This document shows, one piece after another, positions 37,353-51,053 of a stretch of DNA of 64,000 bases. The stretch spans positions 154,690,001 through 154,754,000 of the forward strand of contig OZ024743.1 in assembly GCA_964016885.1 (NCBI GenBank), in the 5' to 3' direction. Origin of the DNA: Eledone cirrhosa. Lineage: Eukaryota. Within the stretch, counting starts at the first letter, position 1. Each line of letters begins with the position of its first letter. Position numbers and translations under genes: made by a program. The notes below the pieces were generated by a model. It saw nothing but the letters and a program-made list of their open reading frames with translations. It made no database searches and was not told the origin of the DNA.

Positions 37353-38564
37353 TCGGTCTTGTCGCTAATTCCAAATTTGATTTAGTGATTTATTGATCTG
37401 TATATAGGCTAATATTGTATGTTAATAAAACTCTGAGGATACCGATCTCGAACCTGTTTCTGGTGATTGAAGTATGAAATCATAATTGAACATTAGATAA
37501 AAAGTATTTCTTCTTAAGGAAATTCTAAAACTTCTGATTATATAATTTCATATCCTCGGGATTAAAGTCTATTGTTTGAAACATGCGTTAGTTTAACAAC
37601 ATATCGACTCTTTGGTGTTTATTATTCTTTTTATACCAGCTCTGCATGAACCCTACTGTGCATTGAGCTTTAAACCTGATTACAATTATACACAATAATA
37701 CCAATATGTATATATAGTTCGGAATATCAGAAAACAAAATGCAGACAAAAGCAAGCGTACATGTTACAAATATTATTATTTTAAAGCTTAGTGAGGGTGG
37801 GGTGGTGGCGTTTGTGGCATCAGCCCTTCATAAGGGGAGGAGGAGGGCTACGAGAAGCAGTTAGTGAGAAAAAAAGAGATATAAATAAAACATGAAGTGG
37901 AACATAAAGATTAAAATAAAGGGAGGGAACGGCGGTGGTGGTACGTGAAAGGTGGATGGACGGGGATATATGGGGGGGGGGGGTAATAGAGTCCAAGTGG
38001 GGATGGCAGAATGTGAGATGTGGATGTAAGTGTGAGACACTGGGGAAGTACGGTGTACTTGCTTGTGGGTTTCGAAAAAAACATTGTGTATGTTGGAATG
38101 GAGTTTATATCCATGTGTGTATAGTTACTGAATGGGTGTAGGTGTGTGTGCGGGTGGATGGAAAGGGATTGGATGGAGTGGGGAGATTTTGCGGGATCGG
38201 GAGGCAGTGTGGGTGTATGTGAGCATGTGCACGTGTGTGTGTTTGTGTGGTGAAGAAAGGATGATGTGGATTCGTGTGAAATGTATCGTGTAAAATTTCT
38301 GAATCGTTGTTGCTGTGTGTGTATAAGTGTATGGCAAGGTTCCAAGGTAAAATTGCGTTGATATCCGAGGGTTAAATATATATATATATTGGCGTTGATG
38401 TTCTAACATAGCATTATACACACGTATATACGTATTATATATTCATTGATACGTATTATATATTAAATATTGGTTAATATACAGGATGATTCTGAAAAAC
38501 ATTTTAGTGCCTTTATGAGTTTATGAGGTTGTATCGAACGTCACACACCTAATCTCAACAACAT

Positions 38565-38742
38565 AATTGTTTCTACTTTTGGCACAACTCCAGCAATTAC
38601 CGAGTACATTACGGGTACTTTATTTTATCGACCCTGTAAGGATGAAAGGCAAATTTAACATCAGCGGGATTTGAACTCGGACCATAAAGTGGCTTAATTA
38701 TATGCTGCAAAGCATGGCGTCCGACCTTCTACTGATACTGCG
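38565..38742 (-). mobile_element. tRNA-derived SINE
   Basis: Colinear with 1127-1309. Confidence 0.88.
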
Positions 38743-38839
38743 AATCTCAAGAAAATAATGGTGAAGCAATCGACACAATTTTCCTCTAGAAAATAAACAA
38801 ATATATATATATATAAATTAATCGTATATACTCATAAAC

Positions 38840-38995
<156 letters not shown>

Positions 38996-39014
38996 GCAGG
39001 AAACACAAACAAGC

Positions 39015-39200
39015 ACAGAATCAAAGATATCTGAGACAATAACAAAATCAAATATTGATTTCTTTCCGTGATACCGCTTAAAACTTTTATCTTTATGGAT
39101 GTCCCTGTCCTGGATGAATGTGTTCATAATAGAGAGTCCATTCCTACAACAGGATTCTAGCAAGGTCTCTCCATTCGTATTTAGATCTGACGCCAACAAA
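39015..39200 (-). mobile_element. LINE AP-endonuclease fragment (RTE-like)
   Basis: DLNTNGETLLESC..LSIMNTF..H..GKKSIFDFVIVS resembles the APE C-terminal motifs. Confidence 0.65.
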
Positions 39201-39331
39201 ATCTAAAGTATATCAGCCAGGACAAGTTTCAGACCTATCTCTAGTTTTTACAGCATATGATGGACACTGCAATTTATATCTCGAACAGATCCTTCTATCT
39301 AAGGCCTGAATACGTCATGTATTAACCCGCG

Positions 39332-39379
39332 AGAACGACGATGCGTTAACCTTCGTTTCCGGTTTCCTCATCATATTAT
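39332..39379 (-). ncRNA. Degenerate hammerhead motif
   Basis: ATAAT-ATGATGA-GGAAACCG-GAAA-CGA AGGTTAACGCA TCG-TC-GTTCT. C3 is mutated and stem I is weak. Confidence 0.45.
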
Positions 39380-40619
39380 AGGTTATGTTTCAGTGGTCAT
39401 ATTCGAACCAGTCACCAATCTGTTACTTTGTCAAACAAGCGAAGACTAGGCTTTTTTAGAAGAGATTTTTACTCACCTCGTCGTAGCTAGGTCATTGGGT
39501 TGTGAGAGTTTTCTTGGGAGCTACAGGTGTCTTCCATTGCTCTATCTCCCTAGTAGTTTACCGCTGTTAATCCTGGGTTCCTTATTCGTGCGGCAGTTGC
39601 ACGCTTATATCACAACTAGACATCATGTATTGGGACTCTATCATTATACGCCACTTGCAACCCGTTCTCTATTGAATATAGCGATATCTATTATAAACAA
39701 GTGTTTATAACTTTTCTTCTTGGTAAACGTATGTAGGCAGATGATTCACATCGTAGGTTTCTTCTTCTTCTTCTTCTTCTTCTTCTTCTTCTTCTTCTTC
39801 TTCTTCTTTTTCATTTAGACCTGTAAATATTTGAAATTCCAAATATTGGAACCTTGCCAGTTGTCCGAGATATCCCATTTTTCGTATTCAGTAAACGTTA
39901 TTGAATTTATATTTATTTCCGTCTTGTATCTATAATGATTATATTTCTATTTGTTCGAAATATTTTATGCAAATAATGGTATCAGCTCAAAATCTGTTAC
40001 GATGCAACCGTGCTGAGAGTGAATATGTACTGGAACACAGATTCTATAGATCTACAAGCAAAGTGATTTGACAGTATCAGAATCTGTCTTAGACGATTCT
40101 AAGTTTCAAATTAAGCCACATTTAATATTTAGCTTAATCACTTCCATAGTCAATAAGAATAAATGTCAGTTGAGTATTAGGGTCAAGGAAAGGAATGACA
40201 TCGTCAATAATGTAAGTGGCCATGTAGCTTTCAAGGGAAACTTGATGTACGAGTCTTCTAGAATGAATCGTATAACAAAGAAATATATAGAATTTAGGCA
40301 AAGATTAATCTTATAAAATATTGGATGAAACTGGGTACAGTGGCTATATAAGATATGAATATAATCTATAGGCTTATTTCGAATTTGTATCTCGAATGAA
40401 TCTAATCTCCACAGTCAAAAGATGTTATCCGCTTAACTATTTACTTTGTGCTGGGGGTATAAATTGGTAGAGTGCATAAGGTATTGAATAAAGTGTTAAC
40501 AGATTGTGTGAGATTCTAGACAAACACTTATTCTATATTCAATCACTTCATCTAACTGTCAGGAATATATATTAAAAAGTTACAAATGAGATATTATCTA
40601 CAATAACAAACGGAAGAGG

Positions 40620-41555
40620 GGCCGGAACTGTTTGGGGTGCGGCTGCTTCCACCACCTCACCTGCGTTGGCTTGACTCGTCGAGCTTCCAATACCCTCGCA
40701 GTCTCGAGGTGCAGGAGCTGCCACTTCGCCACGTATTCCCACCCAAGGCCGTCTAGCACACCACCAGATGGGACAGCGAGCTTGCCTGATGCCCGAGCCT
40801 CGCTGGTCAAAATCGCTCGGCTCAGGCGGATCCGGAATATCCCACACAGGATCCTGAGAGCGGCACGGGTGCCGGTAGCCGATGCCCTCTCTTCCTCGAT
40901 TGAGAGCGCCCTGGACACCAATCGAGCCAGTGACTGGGAGCGGCTGTTCTATTTTGCCCAACTCGCCCTCGGCCTCCCCAGCTCTGGCGCTGACTGTGGC
41001 GGCCGGTCAACTGCAGCCTTCGTCAAGGCCAATGTCTCGTCATTTGGGCGAGCGCCAATTCCAAGCGTGCCCAGGGACGCCACAGAGCCCACCCTCAGGT
41101 ACACCCTATCCTCTGCCCCCGAGGCCAGCGTCAAGCGTTTGCGTGACCTGGTGATGACTCGGCCGCTGTCAGAGTTGTTGCCTCAGAGGACACTGTCTTC
41201 CAACCCACCGAGGAGATCCTGCTTGCTCTGTGGCTCAAAAACCCCGAGACAGCCACTGATCTCAGACCCACACCCCCACCCGACCCCTACCTGCTCATTG
41301 TGGCTACTGATGCAGATATCATGTCAGCCATCAGGTCCTTCCCAGCTAGCAGCTGCGGAGGTGTTGATGGTCTCCGACCAGGCCACCTCATGGAGTTGAC
41401 ATCCCCCATCTCCGCTGAGGCCGGGCGCCGCATTCTGGGTGCAATTGTGGCGCTCACCAATAGGCTCATTCATTGTGCCCTCGACCCTTACTCCCGAGGC
41501 CTCTTTTTTTCGGCCATCCTCACCGCTCTCAGGAAGAAAGAGGGTGGCATATTAT
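40620..41555 (+). mobile_element. CRE-like (RLE group) non-LTR retrotransposon 5' fragment
   Basis: GC-rich island. AIRSFPASSCGGVDGLRPGHL..ALTNRL..AILTALRKKEGGI is a CRE-type RT domain 0/1, truncated just before the expected RPIAVG. Confidence 0.75.
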
Positions 41556-41993
41556 TCCGTTTCGTTTAACATGACAAAACCCTGGACGGGGGATCGCTCG
41601 GCACGTCCGTCGATGGGAAAGGTAGTGATTGGTATGGGTGGAGTTCATTGGCTGATGGATTTAAAGAATAGGTAGTCTTGGAAAAAAATATATTTAGAGG
41701 AAAATACATAGTGATACAGAATGATACAAATGCAGGCACTCCTAATTTTCAGGTTCATTTATTCTAAGTAAACAAAGAGTTTTCATTAAGTGGCTGTATT
41801 AACATGATTTATTAAAGATGGGCGGGGTCTGGAAAAAGGGTCAGGTGCCTATAATCGCATATACACACACACACAGAAAATGTATAAATACCACCATATG
41901 ACATTGACAGTCAGCTGTCCCCTTGAATAAAACAGCTCTAGTCCTGCTTCTATATAGCTATATAGAAACCATTTCTATATACTATATATATAT

Positions 41994-42371
41994 ATATCAC
42001 AGAAAAAAGAGAATCAGTGTTGCGACGAAAGCAATTTATTGGACATATTACAAATGTTTCACGGGCGACCAGCTCGAGGTACGATCGATATGGTGATCAA
42101 AACTGACTCTGAAATCGCGCGGACTTCGGATACGCCTCGATTCTACGAAGCAGATTTTCTGCTTCGTAGAATCGATTTCAGCGTCAGGTTTCATCACCAT
42201 ATCGATCGTGCCTCGAGCTGGTCGCCCGAGAAACAATTGTAATATGTCCAATAAATTCCTTTCGTTGCAACACTGGTTCTATTTTTTTTTTGTGATATCA
42301 TACTCTGATCTACGACGACATCGAGTGCTCATACGGCCTATCGCATACGGACGTTTTAAACACCCAACACC

Positions 42372-42378
<7 letters not shown>
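41994..42378. repeat. Foldback element with ~125-bp arms, nested hairpin and half-hammerhead
   Basis: 41994-42117 versus about 42173-42298, inner hairpin 42137-42175, GAAACAATTGTA at 42230-42241. Confidence 0.85.
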
Positions 42379-42407
<29 letters not shown>

Positions 42408-42426
42408 TATCGAATGTCGATCGACT

Positions 42427-42515
42427 TTCAATTCCTGCCGAGGTCATATTTGCCTTTCATCCATTCATGGTCGATAAAAAAAATGTACAAGTCAAGTACT
42501 GGAATTGATTAATCC
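42427..42515 (+). mobile_element. SINE fragment, related subfamily
   Basis: TTCAATTCCTGCCGAGGTC..TTTGCCTTTCATCC..GGTCGATAAAA core. Confidence 0.65.
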
Positions 42516-42639
42516 TCTATATCTGTTTCTCACTTCCTTTCACTCATTCTCTCTACTGTATTCAGGCATGGGCAGGAGATGGGCTCCGACAGGTGTGAAA
42601 AGGGCCTTAGATACGCCATATTTGAATACAGCATCCCTA

Positions 42640-43750
42640 CGTCTCCTCAGGATTCGTAACATTACAATGCCGTTACAAAATTATAATTTGATTTTTCACC
42701 CGCAGATTGCGAATTACATAAATATTTGTATTTGTTTTGTATCGAATACCAATAACAATATTCGATTCGTCTTCAAGGAAACTGCATCATTACGTTATGT
42801 TTTTGTTGGTTTTGTGACAATAATCCTCCGTTCAATCAATAGCGGTATAGAAGTACAGTCACCGTGTACCTGGGATATTGCCCTTTGTCAAAATTGTCTA
42901 CTTCCCTGCCGTGATCTTGAAGTATACATCGTCTGAATAGCCTTATTTGCATACCTGGTTTTGACGCAAATTAAAAACAAAATTAGAATTATATTTTTCG
43001 GTCAGACACAAAATATTACAGAAATGTGTTTTATATCGAATATTAACAATCATTTTCGATTCTTTTGCAAAGGAAAAGTCTCATTACGGTATGTTTTTTT
43101 TTTTTTTTTTTTTTGCTTTTTTAATGACGAAATCTGTTCGTTCAACAGTGGCATCGAAGAACAATCAAAATGCTTCTGGGTTATTGTCCTTTGACAAGCC
43201 TGTGTTTTCTTCTGCCACCCTTTGAAGAACAGTCAACACGCTTCGGGTTTATTGCTCTTTGTCAAAACTGTGTACTTCTCTGCCACTATTTGAATACCAA
43301 GATATTCTACGGATGTCTTTGCCGAAAATTAAAAACCAAATTAGAATTTCATATCGAAAAATAACAATAATATTCGTTTTGTTTGTAAGCAAACTGCCTC
43401 ATCACGCTATCTTTACTTTTTGATGACTAACGGAATCCGTTCGTTCAACAATGGCATGGAAGTAAAGAAAACATGTTTCTGGGTTATTGGTCTTTGTCAT
43501 GACTGCACTTGTCTGCCACTCGTTTGAACTGTTGAAAATATACAGTATTTTCTAAAATATACGGCTGCTGAATACCCTCATTTGCATACCAAGATATTTT
43601 AAAGCTTGTTATGATGAAAATTAAAAACAAAATAAGAATTTGAATTCTTGCACTCATATAGCGGATTACATAAATGTATTTATGAGTTTTATATCAAATA
43701 ATGATAATAATTTTCGATTCATTGCAAACAAACAGCCTCATTACCCTATA
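42640..43750. repeat. Degenerate ~290-340-bp tandem repeat, about 4 units
   Basis: Motif TTCGATTC....CAA.GAAAC.GC.TCATTACG recurs near 42762, 43055, 43372 and 43712. Confidence 0.75.
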
Positions 43751-45209
43751 GGATTTAATTGTATTGAAGGATTAGTTTAATTGTTGATATAGAATTAATA
43801 TATTGTCTTGTGATGTGTATGTGTGTGTGTGTGTGTATATATATTTGTAGGTGTGTGTGTATATGTGTTTGTCGGCCTGTGTGTATTAGCGAAAATGAAC
43901 GTTCCTACTTTGAACGATGCGTTGTTATATTCATAAATAATTAAATGATTTTAAAAGCCATGATTCGTATGGGAATCGCTGAAATGAAAATAAGAATAAA
44001 GATTAAGCGTTTACTTTAAGGAAATTTAATAAAAACTAATATTCCTTATTGTGTGAGAAGATTGGAAATGATCTAATAGATATCAACTCGTCCATGGTGA
44101 CCAGCTTTGTATGATGACGTATGAACCACGTGTTTCGAAATGCAGGATGAAATGTGGATGCAATTAACATTGCACAGAGATTTTCATGAATAATGAAAAG
44201 ACTCATACATTCAAGTGAATGGATATCTATGCAGATTTTGAATATGCTAGAATGTACAAAATAGAAGAAAAGCTTCTCCGTACTTCTAATAGGAAGTTAG
44301 ACATAAATAACGGATATGGAAACAACGATACTAGTCAATTGTAAATAACATTCTAATTATTCCGGCAAGTACCGTTAACATCTCTGTACAAGGCATTTAA
44401 TCATTTGACCTCCGTTACTCTAATACTGCCTTTTCTTTCACCACGAAATAACTTCCTATTATTTCCCTACAGCCAAATGAATTCAATACGTGAATACTAA
44501 GTAGACTAATGATGTATAATCGAGAAGCATCGCAATATAATTTAGCTCCTTTTATTATACTATTGTGTTAATTATATTCTGCTAAATATGTTATTTGTAA
44601 CGTCATATTATAGTCCTACTTCGTAATTCTCTCATCACTATTTCAGGAAAGAATGTTTATGTATATGTTTCACGAAAGTCTCACAAGTCCATGACGTTTC
44701 TGGACGTGTCTCACGTAATCGCCTGAATAATTAATATAATTCTAGTCATTAACTAATATTGAATTTACCCACCGCATATTTATACCTAATTAACATTTCA
44801 ATGCAAACCACATTAAATAATGCAACACTATCTTACTAAAAGTTTCGTGTCTCAAATGTTATAGTTTTCTAATGAATGCTACAACTTTAAATTAAGAACC
44901 AATATTGCGGTACTAAGCTTTCCAAGTTTCTTAATGAATCTTGTCGTAGTCAATTAGATTCCAATGGTATTATTTACGTGGTATGTGTATGTTATTTCTT
45001 TTTGTCCTTCAACTATAATATTTATATTTAAGCTGGGTCCCTATTTAACATCGCCTTTTTTATTGTGAGTCAACTAATCTTGTAAATAAAAATATCGACA
45101 TACTGTGTGTCGGAAAGCCAGAAGCGCATTGCTTTCCAATATATATATACACACACATACATACATACACACATACATACATACATTCATACATACAAGA
45201 TTTTAAAAA

Positions 45210-45995
45210 AATGAACCAATACAAAGAAAGTTGTGCATGGGTACCTGAGACGAAAAACACAGACCATATAGGGTAAATGGTTAAAAAAACCTGGCATGAA
45301 AATCCGAGAAGTTTATGACATCCTTCCTTGAAGGATATCTCTATACAATACAGGAACAAGAAATCCCTACCAAATATCTGCTACACAAAAGAGGAGGCTA
45401 TCATTCGACAATAAATGTAGGATTTGTAAAGCAAAGATCGAAGATATCAGCCACATTATTGCCAACTGCGAAAGAATGTCATCTCACAACTACCTCCCTA
45501 TGCGACAGGATGTGATAGCCAGAACCATCTGGAGTGCACTTACGTAAATAAAAAATTAAAAACAAATGAGGAGGAATATGTTGAGATAGATGGCAGTAAA
45601 GAATACTGGTGGAACCTGAAAATTAAGCCTGCCACGAAATTAAAGCACAACAGAGCTGATATTGTTGTTTGGGACCACACATTGAAATCGTGCTCTGTTG
45701 TAGAGAGCAGCTGTCCACTTTATGTCAACGTTGTAAGAAAAATACAAGAGAAGGAGGCCATCTACGGATCATTGATGAGGAGTTTGCAGGTCCAATATCC
45801 AAGATAAACCTTCAGCTTCAAACCCATGATTATTGGAGCTACAGCTTATATACCAACCTGCTTGGACCAAGGTATAACTGAAGGTGGATTTGTGGAGAAA
45901 GAGCGCAGCTCCCTAATTCATAGACTACAAATGGCTGCGATTGCTGGCACCTTCAACATTTGCAAAACTTTCTTGCGATTCAAGGAATGTCAATT
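45210..45995 (+). mobile_element. R4/Dong-like RLE LINE 3' fragment (second family)
   Basis: EGYLYTIQEQEIPTKY, CRICKAKIEDISHIIANC, YWWNLKIK..LKHNRADIVVWD..SCP, PMIIGATA. Confidence 0.85.
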
Positions 45996-46176
45996 TCCTT
46001 TCATTTGCAGAATCTTGGAGAAAGAGAAACATATATACATACTTAAATGCTTATATATATATATATATGTGTGTGTGTGTGGGGATGTGTGTGTATGTGT
46101 ATGTGTGTGTGTGTGTATGTATGTGTAAGTATGCTTCGTTATATATATATATATTTATATTATGTTATACACGACG

Positions 46177-46348
46177 CACTATAATTATTCAATTACCCAA
46201 GCTTTCGCGAAGTTAGACGATTCTAACAGAAACGTCTGATACCTCTCAATCAGATAAAATAAAGATTCTATCTGATGAACGATATCAGCTGTCCCTGTTA
46301 GAATCGTATATCTTCGCCAAACATTGAATAGGGGAATAATTATATTGT
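46177..46348. repeat. Imperfect foldback (MITE-like)
   Basis: Arms GCGAAG.TA.ACGATTCTAACAG and CTGTTAGAATCGT.TA.CTTCGC centred near 46262. Confidence 0.7.
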
Positions 46349-46662
46349 GTTGCATATTATTTAATTAAATGGCTCTGTACTATACATATAACACTCTTCT
46401 TCCCTTTCTAAAATACTTAACACTTACACCATATATACATATATATAAGAAAAGAGAAGTAAAGTTCTATACAAAACAGTGGATATAGATAAAACGTGAA
46501 GTTGGAAATAGCACGGGAAATATATTTTAGGGTCTGTTTTTCTTTTTTTCTCCTTTATTTGATTCGTCAAAGTGACGTTATTGAAAAGATGACATTCCTG
46601 AAAATGAGAGGGACAATTCTCTTTAAAAAAAGTTTTATAATGTATATAAAGTATATAGAGTA

Positions 46663-49600
46663 CTCGCTGAGATACCCGGCGTTGTCCGGTATAACTCTCA
46701 ATGGAGTAGTCGTTGTTCAAAATGAAGTGAAAGACTTCCGTTAAACACGACTATTGAAGTAACAATTTATAGGCGTTGGCCCTATAGAGGGCCTTTGAAC
46801 GTTCACTTTGAAATAATTCTGTGGCGGTGCTTAGAGCAAAGGCGAATCCGATGGTAACAATTTAGAGTTGGTGGCCCTAACCAGAGCCTTGGATCGGTCA
46901 CTCTTAAAAGACTCAGCGGCGATGCTGCCAGCAAAGACGAATCCAGCGATAACAATTTATAATTGGTGGCCCTGATGAGGATCTTTTAACGTTCACTTTG
47001 AAATATTTCAGCCGCGGTGCTGCCAGCAAAGATTAATGCGATGGTAACAATTTAAACTTGGTGGACCTGAAGATGGCCTTGGATCGTTCATTCTTAATAG
47101 TCCCAGCGGCAGAGCTGTCAGCAAAGATGATTCCGATTACAGGTGGTTGCCCTTAAGAAGTCCTTCACACCACTTTTGTGTTGTGTGTCGTATTTGCTTT
47201 GCTTGTTATTTGAGATTGCAACCTAGAAAATCATGTAACACTCGGTGGCCACAAAAACGGCCTTGAAAAGATCATGCTGGAATGTCAAAAACATGTGTAA
47301 ATAAGATGTAGGGAAAAGGAGATTAATTAGGTTAAAACTACAGAACATCGATCGCGAAGCGTAATAACAACATATCACTGTGGAAAACGGAGACATTGAA
47401 CATTTATAACGTATAGCAAATGCAACCTCAGGGACAAAGGGACACAAATAGCACACGCATACAGTAAATGTAAGCACTTATACACAAATGCAGCGATTGC
47501 TTGTTAGCGGATGGGGTGCCTATAAAACTTCCTTATAGACTATATTTTGTGTTTTCTTGCGAGTTGCAAAAGCAAATAGGTTATGTCGGCTTCCCACTAG
47601 AGAGCAGCCAACATATAGTTGACCACGGGCGAAGGATGGTTCTTCTAAATTAAGCCCTACGACCGTCAGCGTCTGGCGCTATGCTTTGCTAATGGACATG
47701 GCGAAACTGAGACAGAGAGAGAATTGCAGCCTTCTGAATGTGAAAGGTATATCTTTAGAGGATGGAATGAGAGGTATCCTTGCTATGAAGGTAGTATCCC
47801 CCTTACCACATCATGTAAGTATTGTTCCCTCAATAACTTGGGTATCGCCTTTTGGACGACCATACTTTGCCGTTGGAAAGCCTTCGGGGATCCAATTCCT
47901 GAGGAGCATGACAGGGGCACATTTCTTAAGTCGCAGTAAATGTTGTGGCAATAAGGGAGGGTCTAGGGAGTTAAGATATTCTGTGTGGTAATTAACAACT
48001 TCACCGGATCAGACATAGAGAAAAGGGATTTGTAGACGTGCTGGTTTTCAGACAAGCATAGCATGAGCTAATCATTGATGCTTCCAACTATGTGGTATTT
48101 CGAAGCCAATATTGCGCGTTCACACAGCCACTCTTGATTTGTGTAGTTCTCCTCAAGATTAGGAAAAACAGACGTCCGCAAATCAGCAATTGACTTAACG
48201 CATCTGCAAATCCCTGTGAGGTCCGCTGCACCATATCCGTCGAGTGGGATTTTGCCATCTCCCAACGATAAATTGTCAGCAGCAAAACCCGCTGATGACT
48301 GATCACCGTGCAGTTGTGCTCCCATGTTTGTTGTAAGCGTCAGCTTTCTTACATAATGCGAAAGTGGGTAGGCCTTAATGCATGCACCAACCTCATCAGC
48401 CCGCGTACCTTTTGGGATTACAGGCAGAGTCTATCGGAAGTCCCCAGATAACAGTAAAGTGACACCTCTCATTGGTTCTTGACAGTCCCTGATGCCTCGA
48501 AAGCCGCCTTGTGGGCCATTGCGTATTCGTCCAAAACAATTAGTAGGAAGCATTTTAACACCAGTGCTTTTCCGGAAGACTTGCTGATGTTGCTCGTGGG
48601 TCTCTCAGAGGATGCCACGTTGCGAGGAAGACTGAAGGCAGAATGGCCGTATTGCCGCCAGGCAGCAAATTGTCTGCAATGCCGGAAGAAACGACGGCCA
48701 ATGCGATGTTTCCGTGTTGCCTCACTGCAGCGTGTAAAAGTTTGATTACAAATGTTTTGCCCATGCCTCCAGTTGCGTCCAGAAAGAATATAACCACTCC
48801 ACGATTACGGATGGAATCAATGACAATGTTGTAGGCTTGTTTTTGATCAATTTCTTCAACATACCTTTTGAGTTCGTCGACATCATATGACGTTTCACGT
48901 ATAATGTCGCTGGAAATGTCAGATGACGCATCTCGAAGTGTTTACGGAAGCCCATATTTCTCGAAAACATCTCATCTCCGCCCATTGAAGCCACTCTGTC
49001 TTCAATATGGATCAGAGCTCTGATATATATTGCGTCTGAAAAGTCGACATCTAAGTTTTGAGATTACAATTGAGCGAGACGCCTATATTCGTCTGCAAAA
49101 TCATCTTTAAACTTTTGCCATAAAGTGTAAGGATCGCTCAATACACTGACGTGCAAGAGGATAGCAAAAAGTGCCCTTAGACTACTGGGTGATTGTAAGA
49201 TGGCAACTTCCGTCAAAGTTGCACACCATTGCGCGTCAACTTCTAAAAGTCCACTCCTCAAGCAGGCTTCCCTGTACGTTCGACGGATGAGTGAAGCTGG
49301 TAGGCCGTTTTACCTCATTAAGCAGAAGTCGCAGGTAGACGCATTCGTGTTGGGTTGGGTGGACCGTATAAACTCGCCCAAGGCAATTGTTGAATTTGAT
49401 GCCCGGATGCCCAACCACTCTTGCCCTACCTTCTTTCTTAGCCTTTTGTCCGGTTCCATCTATCGTAAGACGGTATTTCAGAATACAGCAGATTTCGACC
49501 GAAGTCGTCGTGTTGACAACATTTGAAAAAAGCGGTGAGTGTAGTTTACTTTGGTGAGATCGCTAGCTGAGCAGCTGTTGCATCGTTGAAATACACCCGT

Positions 49601-51045
49601 TTACCGTTTTCAAGTTCAACGGCAAGTTGTTTAATGACGGGGTGTCGTTGGTGCAATGGGAAGCCAAAAAGGCTTCATTGCTGCTAATGTATCGGCCTAC
49701 TTGGTAGTCAGATACCTCGTCTATACTGTTTTTATGACGAAGACCAAAGACGGCAGGATCCGATCACTTGTTTATGTACTTACAAACGTATTTAATTGAT
49801 TTTACTGAGTTGCAAAATTCGACGTTTATATGGGCGTTGAAGTCTTTCAAGAGGCGGGGGCATTATGGCACTATCCAGCTGTTGTCGATTTCGTGTTCGC
49901 CAACTTTTGTTGTGAATACACCGTCTTCAGCTCTCCTGCGCTTATGCAACGGATATCCGTCACCTCCAGTCTGTGTTTCTTGTAAAAACGGCCTGGGATA
50001 TCGTTTTGTACACTTTCCGTTGTGTATGCAGGGGGACTTCCTATAGAGACATGTCCGCAAGGAACATGGACCATGTGTGATGTGACTATAGAGAAGAGGT
50101 CCTTGTTAATCGACGGATCAGGGAGTTCGGCAGAAATGAATTTGTCGATTTAGTTTGAACTTATTTTTGTAACCAACCAAATCAAGATAGGTAGTTTGAA
50201 TTGAAATGAAAGTAAATGTGCCTCACTTTATCTTCATCTGTAGTACATGAATAACAACTAAGTCGAAATTCATATTATTGGACTACCAGTTATCGAAGCT
50301 ATCACGCTTTACTGTATTACAATAGCCACCTTCAATAAATGACTCGCCGGGGATTACTGCCCCCTGGGGGGGCCCTTGCTTGTTCCGGGTATAGACAGTG
50401 TCTTCAACATCATCTTGAGACAACGGGTAACCAATGTGTCCGTTAAAGTTAAAATCTAACGTAAACTTCAAAGGTTATCGGGTACTAATACAGTGTTAAT
50501 GTGAACATCAATAGATAATTCGTAGGGGCTTACTGCCCCCGAGTCCCCTTGATATGTTCAAGTAAAAGTTCCTTTATAAGCCACAGATAACCAAAACGTC
50601 CCGCTTCGTGAAAACCAAACACCAACTCAAGCAATTATGACGTTTTGTTTCATTGATGATATCAATTTCAACATTCATCAAGTCGAGTTACAGCCCATCA
50701 AGGTGTCCCCTACCTGAATTTCTGCGCAAGTGCATGCCTGCACATTTATTTGTAAGCCATAAGCAAACAAAATATTACTTTTCGTGAAGATGGAATGCAA
50801 ACTGCAGGAATTATGGGGCTTTATGCAGTGGTACTGCTGACTCCAAGCCAGAGGCTTAAGGGGTTATCTGTCCCTGGGGGAACCCACAATGGATGTACGG
50901 AAAAATAACATAGCCTACTATGCGTAATAGGACTTCAGAGATCCATGTATGAAATTTAGTGCAAATCGGTTGTAAAACATAGAAATGCATGCGGTTATAC
51001 TGACAGACAGACAGACATACAGACATCTTCTGTTTTATATATATA
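46663..51045 (-). mobile_element. Decayed Helitron with RepHel remnants
   Basis: Rep (ISAELPDP, MVH.PCG, CTKRYPR..DGYP, IDNSWIVP, HINVEFCNSVKSIKYVCKYINK), Pif1 (FFLDATGGMGKTF, SSGIA..LLPGG, GDFR, FAMSISKA), 3' hairpin CCGGACAACGCCGG followed by CGAG (CTAG variant). Confidence 0.92.
46760..47165. repeat. 95-bp tandem repeat (4+ units) in the Helitron 3' region
   Basis: TAACAATTT at 46760, 46855, 46950 and 47045. Confidence 0.85.
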
Positions 51046-51053
51046 TATATATA

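Noticed and set aside
37528-37594. Hammerhead-like CTGATTA...GAAACATGCGTTAGTTT
   Set aside because: G8 is lost without compensation, stem I is out of register and stem II is weak.
46968-47015. CTGATGA...GAAA inside the 95-bp Helitron repeat
   Set aside because: Not conserved across units and stems do not form in register.
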